DNA of 64,000 bases from an uncultured Bdellovibrionales bacterium (GTDB taxonomy: Bacteria > Patescibacteriota > Minisyncoccia > Moranbacterales > DUUL01): contig CAZDHE010000001.1 in assembly GCA_964505305.1 (NCBI GenBank), forward strand, positions 95,967 through 159,966, in the 5' to 3' direction. Positions 27,491 through 37,533 of the stretch are shown here, piece after piece. Numbering within the stretch: position 1 is the first letter of the stretch; each line of letters begins with the position of its first letter. The notes beneath the pieces are model-generated. The model worked only from the letters and a program-made list of their open reading frames with translations. It was not told the origin of the DNA and made no database searches. The position numbers and the translations under genes were made by a program.

Positions 27491-27880
27491 AATCTTATTC
27501 CTGAGGACTCGGGATTGCTCCATTGGGACAAACCCTCATAAATGACGAATCAATGACTAAATGAATAAAGACCAAATTAGGATTAAGAGATAAACAAAAG
27601 GAATTATAATTGAATTTTGAGAAAAACTTAATTAGTTGATAATTTAAATATTCGGGTTTTGCTTGCTTGGTGGCGGATAGGGATTTTATGATAAATACAA
27701 TTTAGTTAAGAATGACTGAGAAAAAACTTATCCATAAAATTATTTAAAGAGCTTTAATTTAAACCCGACAAACACTGATTGTCGGATTTAAATAAAAAAT
27801 TTTAGGACTATTTGACGGGCAGATTGAAGTTTCCAAATTTTCTTGAATAATTCATTTTTATAGAATGAGTGAGTTTAAAT

Positions 27881-27910
27881 AAAAAAACCTCTTATGACAA
27901 GAGGTTTTTT
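27881..27910. terminator. Bidirectional Rho-independent terminator (serves rpmA on the minus strand)
   Basis: aaaaaaa-cctctt-atgaca-aagagg-tttttt is a 6-bp stem flanked by an A7 tract and a T6 tract. Confidence 0.55.
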
Positions 27911-27940
27911 GAATTATGAAGAGTTATTCTTTTTTGAAAG

Positions 27941-28213
27941 CTATTTAACGTTGACGATTTTGGTTTTTTGGGGCTTGCCTGTAAATTTCCTAATTCTTTT
28001 GGTGGTAAACTCCACCACTCCGTCTTTGAGAGCCATAAGAGTATCGTCGGTGCATCTTTTAACGTTTAATCCCGGCTTAAATTTAGTGCCTCTTTGCCTG
28101 ACAATGATTTGGCCGGCATAAACTTTTTGACTGCCAAAAATTTTAACGCCTAAGCGCTTGGAAATGGAATCTCTACACAACCTTGTTGAGCCCCCTGCTT
28201 TTTTCTGTGACAT
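27941..28213 (-). CDS. rpmA: 50S ribosomal protein L27
   Basis: [51 protein letters not shown] matches the L27 consensus. The start was chosen at the second Met (the track ORF extends 12 codons further upstream). Confidence 0.9.
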   Translation of the reverse strand: MSQKKAGGSTRLCRDSISKRLGVKIFGSQKVYAGQIIVRQRGTKFKPGLNVKRCTDDTLMALKDGVVEFTTKRIRKFTGKPQKTKIVNVK

Positions 28214-28317
28214 ATGAATAAAATACTTAGCCAAAGATGCTCTTGGCATCTATGGAAAGATGAGTTATAATTATTAAAGATTAAATTCCAAAGCTATTGT
28301 AATATTAATTTTGGATT

Positions 28318-28782
28318 ATGTCAAATAATCATCCGGAGGGAATTTATAGGAAAAGCTTAAAGTTTTGGAAGGATAATGAAGAGAGATTATTGTTTGTGGT
28401 AGCTATTATTTTAGTTGCTTTTGCCGGATTTAAAGCCGGGGAAACCAAAGAGTCAAGCAGGGAAGACAGCGAAATCAAGGTGGCCATAAATAATATAGAA
28501 GCATCCAATCCTCGACAACAAAACGCCCTCGCTTTGGGAGAAGCGGCCCAGCGCAAAGGTGTTTCCGTGGAAGGAGAAACTTCTCCCTCGGAAAATAAAG
28601 AAGCTGAAAACAAAGAAGTTGAAAATGAGGAATGTCCTTTGGTAGGTTCGGAAAATTCGGATAAATACCATTCTTCTGATTGTACTTGGGCGGAAAAAAT
28701 CAAGCCGGAAAACAGAGTTTGTTTTTCTTCCGAGGAGGAGGCTGAGGAAAAGGGATATAAAGCCGCCGGATGTTGTTTTTAA
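28318..28782 (+). CDS. Membrane-anchored protein with C-terminal Ada-Zn-binding-like small Cys domain
   Basis: The N-terminal TM helix is LLFVVAIILVAFAGF, followed by an acidic linker. The C-terminus DKYHSSDCTWAEKIKPENRVCFSSEEEAEEKGYKAAGCC fits the YHxxxC...N.vxF.S.EEA..GY..C.C pattern of the Ada metal-binding-like fold. Confidence 0.5.
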   Translation: MSNNHPEGIYRKSLKFWKDNEERLLFVVAIILVAFAGFKAGETKESSREDSEIKVAINNIEASNPRQQNALALGEAAQRKGVSVEGETSPSENKEAENKEVENEECPLVGSENSDKYHSSDCTWAEKIKPENRVCFSSEEEAEEKGYKAAGCCF

Positions 28783-28802
28783 AAATTTCTTAAATTAGCA
28801 TA

Positions 28803-29504
28803 ATGAAAAAAAATCTTTTTATAATCTCTTTAGGTGGATCTCTAATTGTTCCCGATGCCATAGATTGGCATTTTTTAAAAAAATTTAAAAAAATTATCAT
28901 AGAACAAATTGAGAAAGGAAATAAATTCGTGATAGTAACCGGAGGAGGAAATACAGCCAGGCGCTATCAGGAAGCGGCCAATAATGTTGCTCAGTTGAAA
29001 AATGATGACCAGGATTGGCTGGGAATTCATGCTACCCGCTTGAATGCCCATTTGATAAAAACTATTTTTAGGGAATATGCCCATCCCAGAATTAATAAAA
29101 ATCCCTGCACCAAGGAAGACCTGGGTCAACATTTTGCTCACGGTGAAGGCTTGATGGTGGCTGCCGGGTGGAGGCCGGGCTGGTCTACGGATTACGTGGC
29201 CGCTATTTTAGCGGAAAGATTGGAAGCAAAAAAAATATTAAATCTTTCCAATATTGAATACGTTTGTGATAAAGACCCTCGCCAATATCCGGATGCAAAA
29301 AAAATTAAGGAAATAAGCTGGAAAAAATTTAAAAAATTAGTTGGAGATAAATGGGATCCGGGACTCAATACGCCTTTTGATCCAATTGCTTCCAAGCATG
29401 CGCAGGAAAGGAAAATGGAAGTTTTCATTATGGACGGAAGAAATTTAGATAATTTAAGCAGCTTTTTCTCGGGGGAGAATTTTGTTGGAACTAAAATAGG
29501 TTAG
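28803..29504 (+). CDS. pyrH: UMP kinase, archaeal-type (amino-acid kinase family)
   Basis: The sequence aligns along its whole length to archaeal PyrH. IISLGGSLIVP matches the N-terminal GGS motif. FVIVTGGGNTARRY matches VVGGGKLARKY. WLGIHATRLNA and GWRPGWSTDYVAAILAERL match GGTHPGHTTDAVAALLAE. The C-terminus ends GTKI. Confidence 0.75.
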   Translation: MKKNLFIISLGGSLIVPDAIDWHFLKKFKKIIIEQIEKGNKFVIVTGGGNTARRYQEAANNVAQLKNDDQDWLGIHATRLNAHLIKTIFREYAHPRINKNPCTKEDLGQHFAHGEGLMVAAGWRPGWSTDYVAAILAERLEAKKILNLSNIEYVCDKDPRQYPDAKKIKEISWKKFKKLVGDKWDPGLNTPFDPIASKHAQERKMEVFIMDGRNLDNLSSFFSGENFVGTKIG

Positions 29505-29626
29505 CATTTTTTTATCAAATAAGAAAATATCGATTTAGGTTTCACAAACGGAGATTAATTTGTTATTATTTTTGTGAGGAAGCACTTATTTTAGAAAAAT
29601 AATGCAATAAAAATTAAGTTAAAATT

Positions 29627-30367
29627 ATGAGATTGGAAAACAAAGTTGCTATTGTTACCGGAGCGGCTTCCGGAATAGGAAAAGCCATTGGAGAGGAGTT
29701 TCTAAAGGAGGGAGCCAAAGTGGTTTTTTCGGATATCAAAGAAGAAAATAATCTTGTTGATGAAGAAAATGAAGAAAACGCCGAGTTTATTAAGTGCGAT
29801 GTTTCTAACGCGGACCAGGTTAAGCATCTGGTGGAAGAAACCGCCAATCGATTTGGGAAAATGGATGTTATAGTTAACAATGCCGGAGTCGGTTCTCAAA
29901 AAAGTATTTTAGAGGAAACTGACGAGGATTGGGAGAAAATTTTAAAAATCAATTTATTTGGGGTCTTTTACGGAACTAAAGCTGCCGCTAACTATATGAA
30001 AGACCATCATATCAAAGGTTCTATAATAAATATGAGTTCCATTTTGGGTAAGGTGGGATTGCAGGGAGCTGTTTCTTACTGCGCTTCCAAAGGGGGAGTT
30101 GTTCAAACAACTCATGCAAGTTCTTTGGATTTAGCTCCTTATGAAATAAGAGTCAATGCCATTGCTCCCGGCTTCATTAAAACCAAGATGACAGAAGCGG
30201 TTCTGGAAAATGACGATTTTAGAAATATGGTAGAATCCAACACGCCTCTTGGACACGTAGGAGATGCTCAAGATATCGCCAAAGCAGCTGTCTATTTGGC
30301 TTCTGATGAGTCCAAATATGTAACGGGAGAGGTTTTGTATGTAGATGGAGGCTGGAGAGCAAGATAA
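29627..30367 (+). CDS. SDR family NAD(P)-dependent oxidoreductase (FabG/glucose-dehydrogenase-like)
   Basis: The cofactor-binding motif is TGAASGIGKA. NNAG is present, and the catalytic S...YxxxK appears as SYCASKGG. Confidence 0.8.
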   Translation: MRLENKVAIVTGAASGIGKAIGEEFLKEGAKVVFSDIKEENNLVDEENEENAEFIKCDVSNADQVKHLVEETANRFGKMDVIVNNAGVGSQKSILEETDEDWEKILKINLFGVFYGTKAAANYMKDHHIKGSIINMSSILGKVGLQGAVSYCASKGGVVQTTHASSLDLAPYEIRVNAIAPGFIKTKMTEAVLENDDFRNMVESNTPLGHVGDAQDIAKAAVYLASDESKYVTGEVLYVDGGWRAR

Positions 30368-30467
30368 ATTAATCTGATCTATCTTGGAGTTTTAAAGGTT
30401 ACGGAACTTCGATAAATATTTTAAAAAATTGCACAAAAGCTATTTTTGTAATTAAGGAAATAAAAAA

Positions 30468-31187
30468 ATGTCCGGACATTCTAAATGGGCTAATATTAAA
30501 CATAGAAAACAGGCTCAAGACGCCAAAAAAGCCAAAATTTTTTCTTCTTTGTCCAAGGAAATAATTCTCGCGGCCAAAAACGGAAGCGACCCGGAAACTA
30601 ATTTTCAGCTCAAAATGGCTATAGACAAAGCCGGAAGTTATAATATGCCTAAAGACAATATAGAGAAAGCTATTAAAAGAGGTTCGGGAGAATTGAAGGA
30701 TGAAAACCAAATCGAAGAATATATTTTTGAAGCTTATGGACCAAGTCAAATTGCTATGCTGATCAAGACGGCGACTGATAATAAAAACAGAACGTTGAGC
30801 GAGGTCAGGAATATACTATCTAAAAACGGCGGAAAGATGGTTGAGGAGGGGGCGGTGAAGTGGCAATTTAGACAATCGGGCTGCATTTATGTTGCTAAAA
30901 ATGGGTTGCCGGAACAAAAACTGGAGGAAGCCTTTATAGAAAGTGGAGCAGATGATTATGAAAAAGAGAGTGAAGAAAGTTATCTTGTTTACACGCAAGT
31001 GAAAGAAACTCAAACTGTCAATGAAGAGTTGAACAACAAGGGGCTCTCCGTGGCGGCAATTAATTTGGTTTATGTCCCTGAGGGCAAAATAGAAGTAGGC
31101 CAATCAACGAAGGAAGATTACAAAAATCTACTGGAAAAACTGGAAGAACAAGAGGATGTGGTAGAAATTTTTGACAATTTGTTTTAA
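30468..31187 (+). CDS. yebC: YebC/PmpR family DNA-binding transcriptional regulator
   Basis: The N-terminus MSGHSKWANIKHRKQAQDAKKAKIFS is highly conserved in the family. Confidence 0.9.
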   Translation: MSGHSKWANIKHRKQAQDAKKAKIFSSLSKEIILAAKNGSDPETNFQLKMAIDKAGSYNMPKDNIEKAIKRGSGELKDENQIEEYIFEAYGPSQIAMLIKTATDNKNRTLSEVRNILSKNGGKMVEEGAVKWQFRQSGCIYVAKNGLPEQKLEEAFIESGADDYEKESEESYLVYTQVKETQTVNEELNNKGLSVAAINLVYVPEGKIEVGQSTKEDYKNLLEKLEEQEDVVEIFDNLF

Positions 31188-31233
31188 TTTAAACAAAAGA
31201 GATTTTTTGAAAAATATTAAAGACATCAAAAGC

Positions 31234-31725
31234 TTGAAAATTCTTGGTATTGATCCCGGGACCGCCACCACCGGTTGGGGGTTGGTTTCTTCAGACAATA
31301 AAACCCCCCGAGTTTTAGCTTATGGCTGCATAGAAACCTCTAAGGCCGAATCCGACAGCTTGAGGCTTAAGGAGGTGGCAACGGATATGAGAGAAATTAT
31401 ACAAAAGTATAATCCTGATGAAATAGCCGTAGAAGGTTTATATTTCTTTAAAAATTTAAAAACCGCCATCAAAGTAGCTCAATCCAGGGGAGTGTTGCTT
31501 TTGGTGCCGACTGAAATGAAATTGCCTGTTTTTGAATACACTCCTCTGCAAATAAAGCAAGCTCTGACCGGTTATGGACGCGCCGAGAAAAAACAGATTC
31601 AATATATGGTCAAAAATATTCTCGAATTAAAGGCTATTCCCAAGCCGGATGACGCCGCCGACGCTTTGGCTGTAGCTTTATGTCACCAGCAGTCAAGGAA
31701 ATTGGAACTATTAAAGAGTAACTAA
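31234..31725 (+). CDS. ruvC: Crossover junction endodeoxyribonuclease RuvC
   Basis: KILGIDPGTATTGWGLV contains the first catalytic Asp. The later acidic residues are in EIAVEGLYF and the C-terminal PDDAADALAVALCH. The start was set to the in-frame TTG at 31234. The track ORF begins at a TTG inside the yebC tail (31171). Confidence 0.85.
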   Translation: MKILGIDPGTATTGWGLVSSDNKTPRVLAYGCIETSKAESDSLRLKEVATDMREIIQKYNPDEIAVEGLYFFKNLKTAIKVAQSRGVLLLVPTEMKLPVFEYTPLQIKQALTGYGRAEKKQIQYMVKNILELKAIPKPDDAADALAVALCHQQSRKLELLKSN

Positions 31726-31818
31726 AGTTGGTTTTTTAGCAAAATTATAAATTACTCCTAAATTTGCTTGTTTCCTTTTGCGCTTTAATTAATTTTAACA
31801 TTAAAAATAAACAAAAAA

Positions 31819-33516
31819 ATGAAACAAATTGAAAACAAACGAAAAGAAGATTTGAATTTCTGGTTAATTAAAACTCGCTGGGTATACGCTTCAGGTATTT
31901 TTGTTTTGGATTTAATTGCCAAGTCTCTTAGTTTCACCAATGTCAATTTTCATTATTGGCAGATGATTTTAATTTATCTGGCTTTCTTGGCGTCCAATGC
32001 TATTTTATGGCTTATTTTAAAGTTTTTTAAATGGAATAGAAAAAAAGGCTTTTTGGCCTTTATTGGTTTTTTACAAATCCTGGTAGACATTTGCTTTTTT
32101 GTGGTCATTTTTCATTTTGAAGGAGGAATTGAAAGCGTAGCCTTTATTTTCTTCTTGTTACCGATTTTTTACGCCTCCTTGCTTTTTGGTATGAGGGGGA
32201 GTTTAATCACAGCCCTTTATATAGGAATTGTTGTCAATTTGGTAGTTATTTTTGAATATCAAGGAATTTTAACTCACATTAATAGGCACATGGAAACTCC
32301 CCCCGAGCTAAATGATTTAAACCTTGCTCTGACCAAAACCAGTGTTATTTCTGTTTTTTATGCTATCGCAGCCTTTTTTGCCGGTTATTTTTCTATGTTG
32401 ATCTCCAAAAGGGAGGAAACCATTTATGACAAAATGCAAGATTTAAAAAAAGAAAAAGACAAAATATCTTCCATTATTTCCAATTTTGTTGATCCTGTTT
32501 TGGTGGTTAATCCCAAGAATCGCCTGGAATATATTAATCCGGCTGCTCGGAAAGAGCTGAAAATACCTAAATTTGCAGTCAAGACCAAGCTTAACCTGCA
32601 AAAAAGTCACTCTCTTGATAAATTCAAGGATTTATTTGGCGAAAAAATTCAAGTAAAAGAAGAAAAGGATTTTATAACCGGAGAAAAGATAGAAGAGGTT
32701 TCTATTGAGAGAGATGGTGAAGCAAAAGAATACAAAGTTATCACGGCTAAAATAGGAGGCAAAAAAGGAAAGCTGGGCATAATGAAAATATTTTATGATA
32801 TTACTAGGGAAAAGGCTATGGATAAATTAAAATCTGAATTTGTCTCTGTGGCTGCGCATCAGCTTAGGACTCCTTTATCGGCTATAAAATGGACGCTTAG
32901 AAGTGTTATAGACGAAGAAGACGGAAAAATCAATAAACCTCAAAAAGATATTCTTCTGAAAAGCTATGAAAGCAATCAGCGGATTATCAACTTGGTGAAT
33001 GACTTATTGAATGTTTTAAAGATTGAAGAGGGAAGGTTTGGCTACACTTTTACTAAAACAAAAGTAGAAGATTTGATAAAGGAATCTACGGAAGACTTCA
33101 AAAGAATAATAAAAAAGAAGGGCTTAAATTTAAAGATAGAGAAACCTAAAAGGATCGGAAGCTTCTACATAGACAAAGAAAAAATAATGATGGTTATCCA
33201 AAATCTATTAGACAATGCCATAAAATATAGCGGCAATGTAGAAAATGTTTACTTTAGAGTAAAGAATCAAAAAAACTATTTGAAGTTCGAAATTGAAGAT
33301 GAGGGGGTTGGTATTCCCGAGAAGAGTCGCAAAAACTTATTCACTAAATTTTTCAGAGCTTCAAATGTCATCAAAATGGAAACAAGCGGATCCGGGTTGG
33401 GATTATATATTGCTAAAAATATTATAGAAAAACATAAAGGAAAAATAGCTGTGGAGAGCCGGGAGGGGGAGGGAACAAAGGTTTATTTCACTATAAAAAA
33501 AGACTTATACACTTAA
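31819..33516 (+). CDS. Sensor histidine kinase with polytopic N-terminal membrane domain
   Basis: The H-box is FVSVAAHQLRTPLSAIKW. The N-box is QNLLDNAIKYS. The G-boxes are DEGVGIP and GSGLGLYIAKNIIEKHKG. There are 5-6 N-terminal TM helices. Confidence 0.85.
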   Translation: MKQIENKRKEDLNFWLIKTRWVYASGIFVLDLIAKSLSFTNVNFHYWQMILIYLAFLASNAILWLILKFFKWNRKKGFLAFIGFLQILVDICFFVVIFHFEGGIESVAFIFFLLPIFYASLLFGMRGSLITALYIGIVVNLVVIFEYQGILTHINRHMETPPELNDLNLALTKTSVISVFYAIAAFFAGYFSMLISKREETIYDKMQDLKKEKDKISSIISNFVDPVLVVNPKNRLEYINPAARKELKIPKFAVKTKLNLQKSHSLDKFKDLFGEKIQVKEEKDFITGEKIEEVSIERDGEAKEYKVITAKIGGKKGKLGIMKIFYDITREKAMDKLKSEFVSVAAHQLRTPLSAIKWTLRSVIDEEDGKINKPQKDILLKSYESNQRIINLVNDLLNVLKIEEGRFGYTFTKTKVEDLIKESTEDFKRIIKKKGLNLKIEKPKRIGSFYIDKEKIMMVIQNLLDNAIKYSGNVENVYFRVKNQKNYLKFEIEDEGVGIPEKSRKNLFTKFFRASNVIKMETSGSGLGLYIAKNIIEKHKGKIAVESREGEGTKVYFTIKKDLYT

Positions 33517-33678
33517 GTTTGGCAATAAAGCAAAATCAGTGTAAAATTAAATCGTTACATCCTCGCTATGGAAACGGGCTGATTTGGCCGAGAGGCGTGC
33601 GTTAGATAGCGACACTTTTTTGAGGATTACTTGTGTCATCGATTTGAATGTATTTTATTTAAAATTAATTTTTAAACT

Positions 33679-34047
33679 ATGAAAGTTTTGTTAGTGGAAG
33701 ATGAAAAAATATTAAGGGAAATGTGCTCCAAGCATTTAAAGAAAAACAATGTTTCCGTTATTGAAGCAATTGACGGAGAAGAGGCTATTCAAAAAGCCGA
33801 GGAAGAACTCCCCGACGTGATTCTTTTGGATATTATTATTCCTTCAAAAGATGGTTATGAGGTTTTGGAAAATATTAAAAACAATCCCCAGACTAAGAAT
33901 ATTTCGGTAGTGATGCTTTCCAACTTGGGACAGCAGGAAGAGGTTGATAAAGCTGAAAAATTGGGAGCTGATGACTTTATAATCAAAGCCAATACTATGC
34001 CTAAGGAAATAGCGGAATATGTTTTAGAGAATTTTGCTAAGAATTAG
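33679..34047 (+). CDS. Single-domain response regulator (CheY-like receiver)
   Basis: The acidic pocket is MKVLLVEDE, the phospho-acceptor is in ILLDIIIPSKDG, the conserved Ser is in VVMLSN, and the conserved Lys is in FIIKA. Confidence 0.85.
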   Translation: MKVLLVEDEKILREMCSKHLKKNNVSVIEAIDGEEAIQKAEEELPDVILLDIIIPSKDGYEVLENIKNNPQTKNISVVMLSNLGQQEEVDKAEKLGADDFIIKANTMPKEIAEYVLENFAKN

Positions 34048-34208
34048 ATTTTTTTGGTTGAACAATATCCAAGAGCTATTTTTAGGCAGTGAAAACAAAA
34101 AACAATCGATTTCAAAAACCCTTTTCAAATAGGTTTTTTACTGCTATTATTTTCTTAGGGACTGTTTATGAAGATCTAATATTGCTAAATAAAAATTAAA
34201 TTGTTTAC

Positions 34209-35105
34209 ATGAACATTATTCAGAAAAGGCTGTATTTTTTTATTGTTTCGGCTGTGCTTATTTTAACCAGCGTGGCAGCTTTGTCTATTTGGAAGCTTAA
34301 CTTGGGGATTGATTTCACTGGCGGAGTTTTGATGGAAATTCAATTTGAGGAGGCCGATCCTGGTAAAGACGAAGTGGAGAACACCTTTAGAGAGCTGAGT
34401 CTTGCCGGGTTGGTAGTTCAGCCATCAGAGGGAGGAAATTATCTTATTCGCTACCAATCTCCTGAAAATAAAATAAACAAGCAAGTTAATCAAAAAATTG
34501 AAGAAAAATATGAAAACGCAGAAATTGTGAGAAACGAGTTTATTAGCTCGGTTATATCCAACGAATTAAAAACCAAGGCTATTTATGCTATTGCTATAGC
34601 GGTTATAGGAGTGGCTTTGTATATTTCTTGGGCTTTTCGAAAAATTTCTTATCCGATAAAAAGCTGGAAATATGGAGCGGGCGCAGTGCTGGCCTTGATT
34701 CATGATGTTTTAATTACCTTGGGCGTTTTTTCCTTTTTGGGTTATTTCTACAATGTGGAGGTGGGAATCCCTTTCGTGGCAACGCTTTTAACTGTTTTGG
34801 GCTACAGTGTTAACGATACCATCGTTATTTTTGATAGAATTAGAGAAAATCTCCTTAAAGCCGGAGCCGCCAAGAATTTTGAAGAAACTGTAAATCAATC
34901 TATAAAAGAAAGCATCCCTCGTTCCTTAAATACTTCCATAACAGTTATTTTGGTTCTTTTGGCTATTATATTTTTCGGCGGGGAGACGATTAAATTTTTC
35001 TCTTTGGCTTTGTTGGTAGGGGTCTTCTTTGGAACTTATTCTTCCATTTTTATTGCTTCGGCTTTTGTAACCGAGCTTTGGAAAAGAAGCCTCAAAAAGG
35101 CATAA
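34209..35105 (+). CDS. secF: Protein translocase subunit SecF
   Basis: The first TM helix is followed by the LGIDFTGGVLMEIQFEE periplasmic domain start. There are six TM helices. DTIVIFDRIREN is the conserved SecD/F motif. Confidence 0.85.
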   Translation: MNIIQKRLYFFIVSAVLILTSVAALSIWKLNLGIDFTGGVLMEIQFEEADPGKDEVENTFRELSLAGLVVQPSEGGNYLIRYQSPENKINKQVNQKIEEKYENAEIVRNEFISSVISNELKTKAIYAIAIAVIGVALYISWAFRKISYPIKSWKYGAGAVLALIHDVLITLGVFSFLGYFYNVEVGIPFVATLLTVLGYSVNDTIVIFDRIRENLLKAGAAKNFEETVNQSIKESIPRSLNTSITVILVLLAIIFFGGETIKFFSLALLVGVFFGTYSSIFIASAFVTELWKRSLKKA

Positions 35106-35141
35106 CCGCGTTAAGGCTTTGCGGCAATAAAATTTAAGAAA

Positions 35142-36422
35142 ATGCAAGGTATGAATTTTAAAAAAGAAACTTTAAAAAATGGAGCCAGGGTGGTTTTAAT
35201 TCCGATGAAAGACACCCAAACAGTGACAGTCCAGGTTTTAGTAGAGGCCGGTTCCAAATATGAAAACAAGCAAAACAACGGCATTTCGCATTTTTTGGAG
35301 CATATGATGTTTAAGGGCACCCAAAAAAGACCAAATGCTCAAATAATTTCCGAGGAGTTGGATAGTGTGGGTGGAACTTACAACGCTTTTACCGGCAAAG
35401 AACAAACCGGTTACTGGGTGAAAGTTCCCAAGAAGCACACTGATATGGCCTTGGACGTGGTTAGTGATATGTATTTGAATTCGCTCTTAAAACAAGAAGA
35501 AATAGACAAAGAAAGAGGAGTAATTTTGCAGGAAAAGTCAATGTATCAAGACACTCCTATGAGATATGTCTGGGATGTATTTGAAGAGCTTCTCTACGGG
35601 GATCAACCGGCCGGTTGGGACATTGTGGGAAGCGAGGAAAATATTAAAAAGCTAAACCGGCAAGATTTTGTGAGTTATCTGAAAAATTTCTATATTCCTC
35701 AATCTACCGTGGTAGTAATAGCCGGCAATTTTAATGAGCAATCAATTCTGTCCAAGGTAGAAGAATATTTTAACAAGCAAGAAGGCGGTGAATCGAAAGA
35801 GAAAAAGAAAAAAACCGTAGAAAAACAAACCGCCCCGGGACTCAAAATCCACTACAAGGAGACCGATCAAACTCATCTGTTGTTGGGAGTTCGCGCAGCC
35901 AATATGTTTGATCCGGATCGTTACGCCGCGGTTCTTTTGGGGACAATTTTGGGAGGCGGTATGTCCAGTCGAATGTTTAGCGAGATTCGAGAGAAAAGAG
36001 GTTTAACTTATTACATTCAATGCGCGGCCGACCAGGCTACTGATACCGGTTATCTCTTCACCGGAGCCGGCGTGGAACATAAAAACCTAATTCCGGCCGT
36101 AGAGCTTATTCTAAAAGAACTTAAAAAAACTGCTCAAGAATTGATTCCCGAGAAAGAGATAATCAAAGCCAAGGAGTATATTAAGGGTAAGACCTTGATG
36201 TCGCTGGAATCCTCCAGCGCTGTAGCTTCTTTTTTCGGCGACCAGGAGCTTTTCAAGAAGAAACCTCAAAAACCGGAGGATTTATTCAAGAAAATAGACG
36301 CGGTTACCGCCGAGTATATGCTAAAAACAGCCCAAAATATAATCAAGAACGAAAAACTTAATTTGGCTGTTATCGGACCTCATAAAAAGGAAGAGGAAAT
36401 TAAAAAAAGTTTGACTTTTTAA
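35142..36422 (+). CDS. M16 family zinc peptidase (pitrilysin/insulinase-like)
   Basis: The inverted zinc motif HxxEH (GISHFLEHMMFKGT) and a downstream Glu (EEIDKERGVILQE) are present. The length is 426 aa. Confidence 0.85.
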   Translation: MQGMNFKKETLKNGARVVLIPMKDTQTVTVQVLVEAGSKYENKQNNGISHFLEHMMFKGTQKRPNAQIISEELDSVGGTYNAFTGKEQTGYWVKVPKKHTDMALDVVSDMYLNSLLKQEEIDKERGVILQEKSMYQDTPMRYVWDVFEELLYGDQPAGWDIVGSEENIKKLNRQDFVSYLKNFYIPQSTVVVIAGNFNEQSILSKVEEYFNKQEGGESKEKKKKTVEKQTAPGLKIHYKETDQTHLLLGVRAANMFDPDRYAAVLLGTILGGGMSSRMFSEIREKRGLTYYIQCAADQATDTGYLFTGAGVEHKNLIPAVELILKELKKTAQELIPEKEIIKAKEYIKGKTLMSLESSSAVASFFGDQELFKKKPQKPEDLFKKIDAVTAEYMLKTAQNIIKNEKLNLAVIGPHKKEEEIKKSLTF

Positions 36423-36468
36423 TTCTTTAAGGCTGTCTGCTTAGGAATTAAGTTAAATTCAACAATAA

Positions 36469-37506
36469 ATGAAAGAAGAGATTAAGAAAATAGATATTTC
36501 CACCAAGGCGATTTTAAAAGTTGTTTTAATCGGTCTTTTTCTTTGGTTGGTATTCTTGACTCGGGAAGTGTTAATGTTGCTTTTTGTGGCCATTATTTTG
36601 GTTAGCGCTTTGGAGCCGGCCATTGACAAGTTGGAAACTAAAAAAATCCCCCGAGTTGCCGGTGCCGCCATGGTTTATTTAGCTTTTATAGCTTTTTTGG
36701 TTTTAGGGATTTATGTCATTGCGCCCATTTTGCTTCAAGAAATTAAACACTTAGCTGAAAATGTTCCTCAATATTTGGATGGATTGAATAAATTTATGGG
36801 AAATTTAAACACTCTGGCGGTAGACTACAATTTTGAAAGAAACCTTCAATCCTTACTGAATAATGCTTCGGAAAGGTTGACGGATTTAGTCTCTATGGCT
36901 TTTTCCAACACCTTTACTTTCTTTTCCGGTTTATTGAAACTTGTAATTGTTCTTTCCCTTTCCTTTTATTTGGTAGTGAAAAGAGAGGGGATTCGGGGCT
37001 TTATAAATTTCATAGTTCCGGAGAAACATCGTCGTTATTCCATTCAACTTACTCAGAAAATTCAAAACAAGATGGGACGCTGGTTAATCGGGCAGCTTTC
37101 TTTGGCTTTGGTGGTATTTCTTTTAGATTTTGCTATTCTTAGTTTTCTGGGGGTTCCTTATGCGCTTCTTCTGGCTTTAATCGGAGGATTCTTAGAGATT
37201 ATTCCTTATATCGGCCCGGTGCTGGCCTTTATCCCGGCGGTTTTGGTGAGCTTAACCGTTTCTCCTATTATTGCTCTCTTGGTGGCTTTTTTCTATATTT
37301 TAGTCCAGCAAACGGAAAATCACGTCTTGACTCCCTTGATTATGAAAAAAGCTGTCGGACTGGATCCGGTGGTGATTATTTTAGCGCTTTTGATTGGAGG
37401 CACCCTGGCCGGCTTGCTTGGAATATTGATTGCCGTCCCCCTTGCCACCGCCGCAAGTGTTATCATCGAGGATTTTCATAAATTTATGAACAAAAAAGAA
37501 GCATAA
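36469..37506 (+). CDS. AI-2E family transporter (PerM-like)
   Basis: 345 aa with 8 TM helices. The C-terminal region is GGFLEIIPYIGPVLAFIPAV...LLGILIAVPLATA. Confidence 0.8.
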   Translation: MKEEIKKIDISTKAILKVVLIGLFLWLVFLTREVLMLLFVAIILVSALEPAIDKLETKKIPRVAGAAMVYLAFIAFLVLGIYVIAPILLQEIKHLAENVPQYLDGLNKFMGNLNTLAVDYNFERNLQSLLNNASERLTDLVSMAFSNTFTFFSGLLKLVIVLSLSFYLVVKREGIRGFINFIVPEKHRRYSIQLTQKIQNKMGRWLIGQLSLALVVFLLDFAILSFLGVPYALLLALIGGFLEIIPYIGPVLAFIPAVLVSLTVSPIIALLVAFFYILVQQTENHVLTPLIMKKAVGLDPVVIILALLIGGTLAGLLGILIAVPLATAASVIIEDFHKFMNKKEA

Positions 37507-37533
37507 TAATAGTCAATATAAAGTTTTTAAATT

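Noticed and set aside
29627-30367. Assigning FabG (fatty-acid synthesis) specifically
   Set aside because: Only generic SDR motifs are present and no other FAS genes are nearby. It is called an SDR oxidoreductase only.
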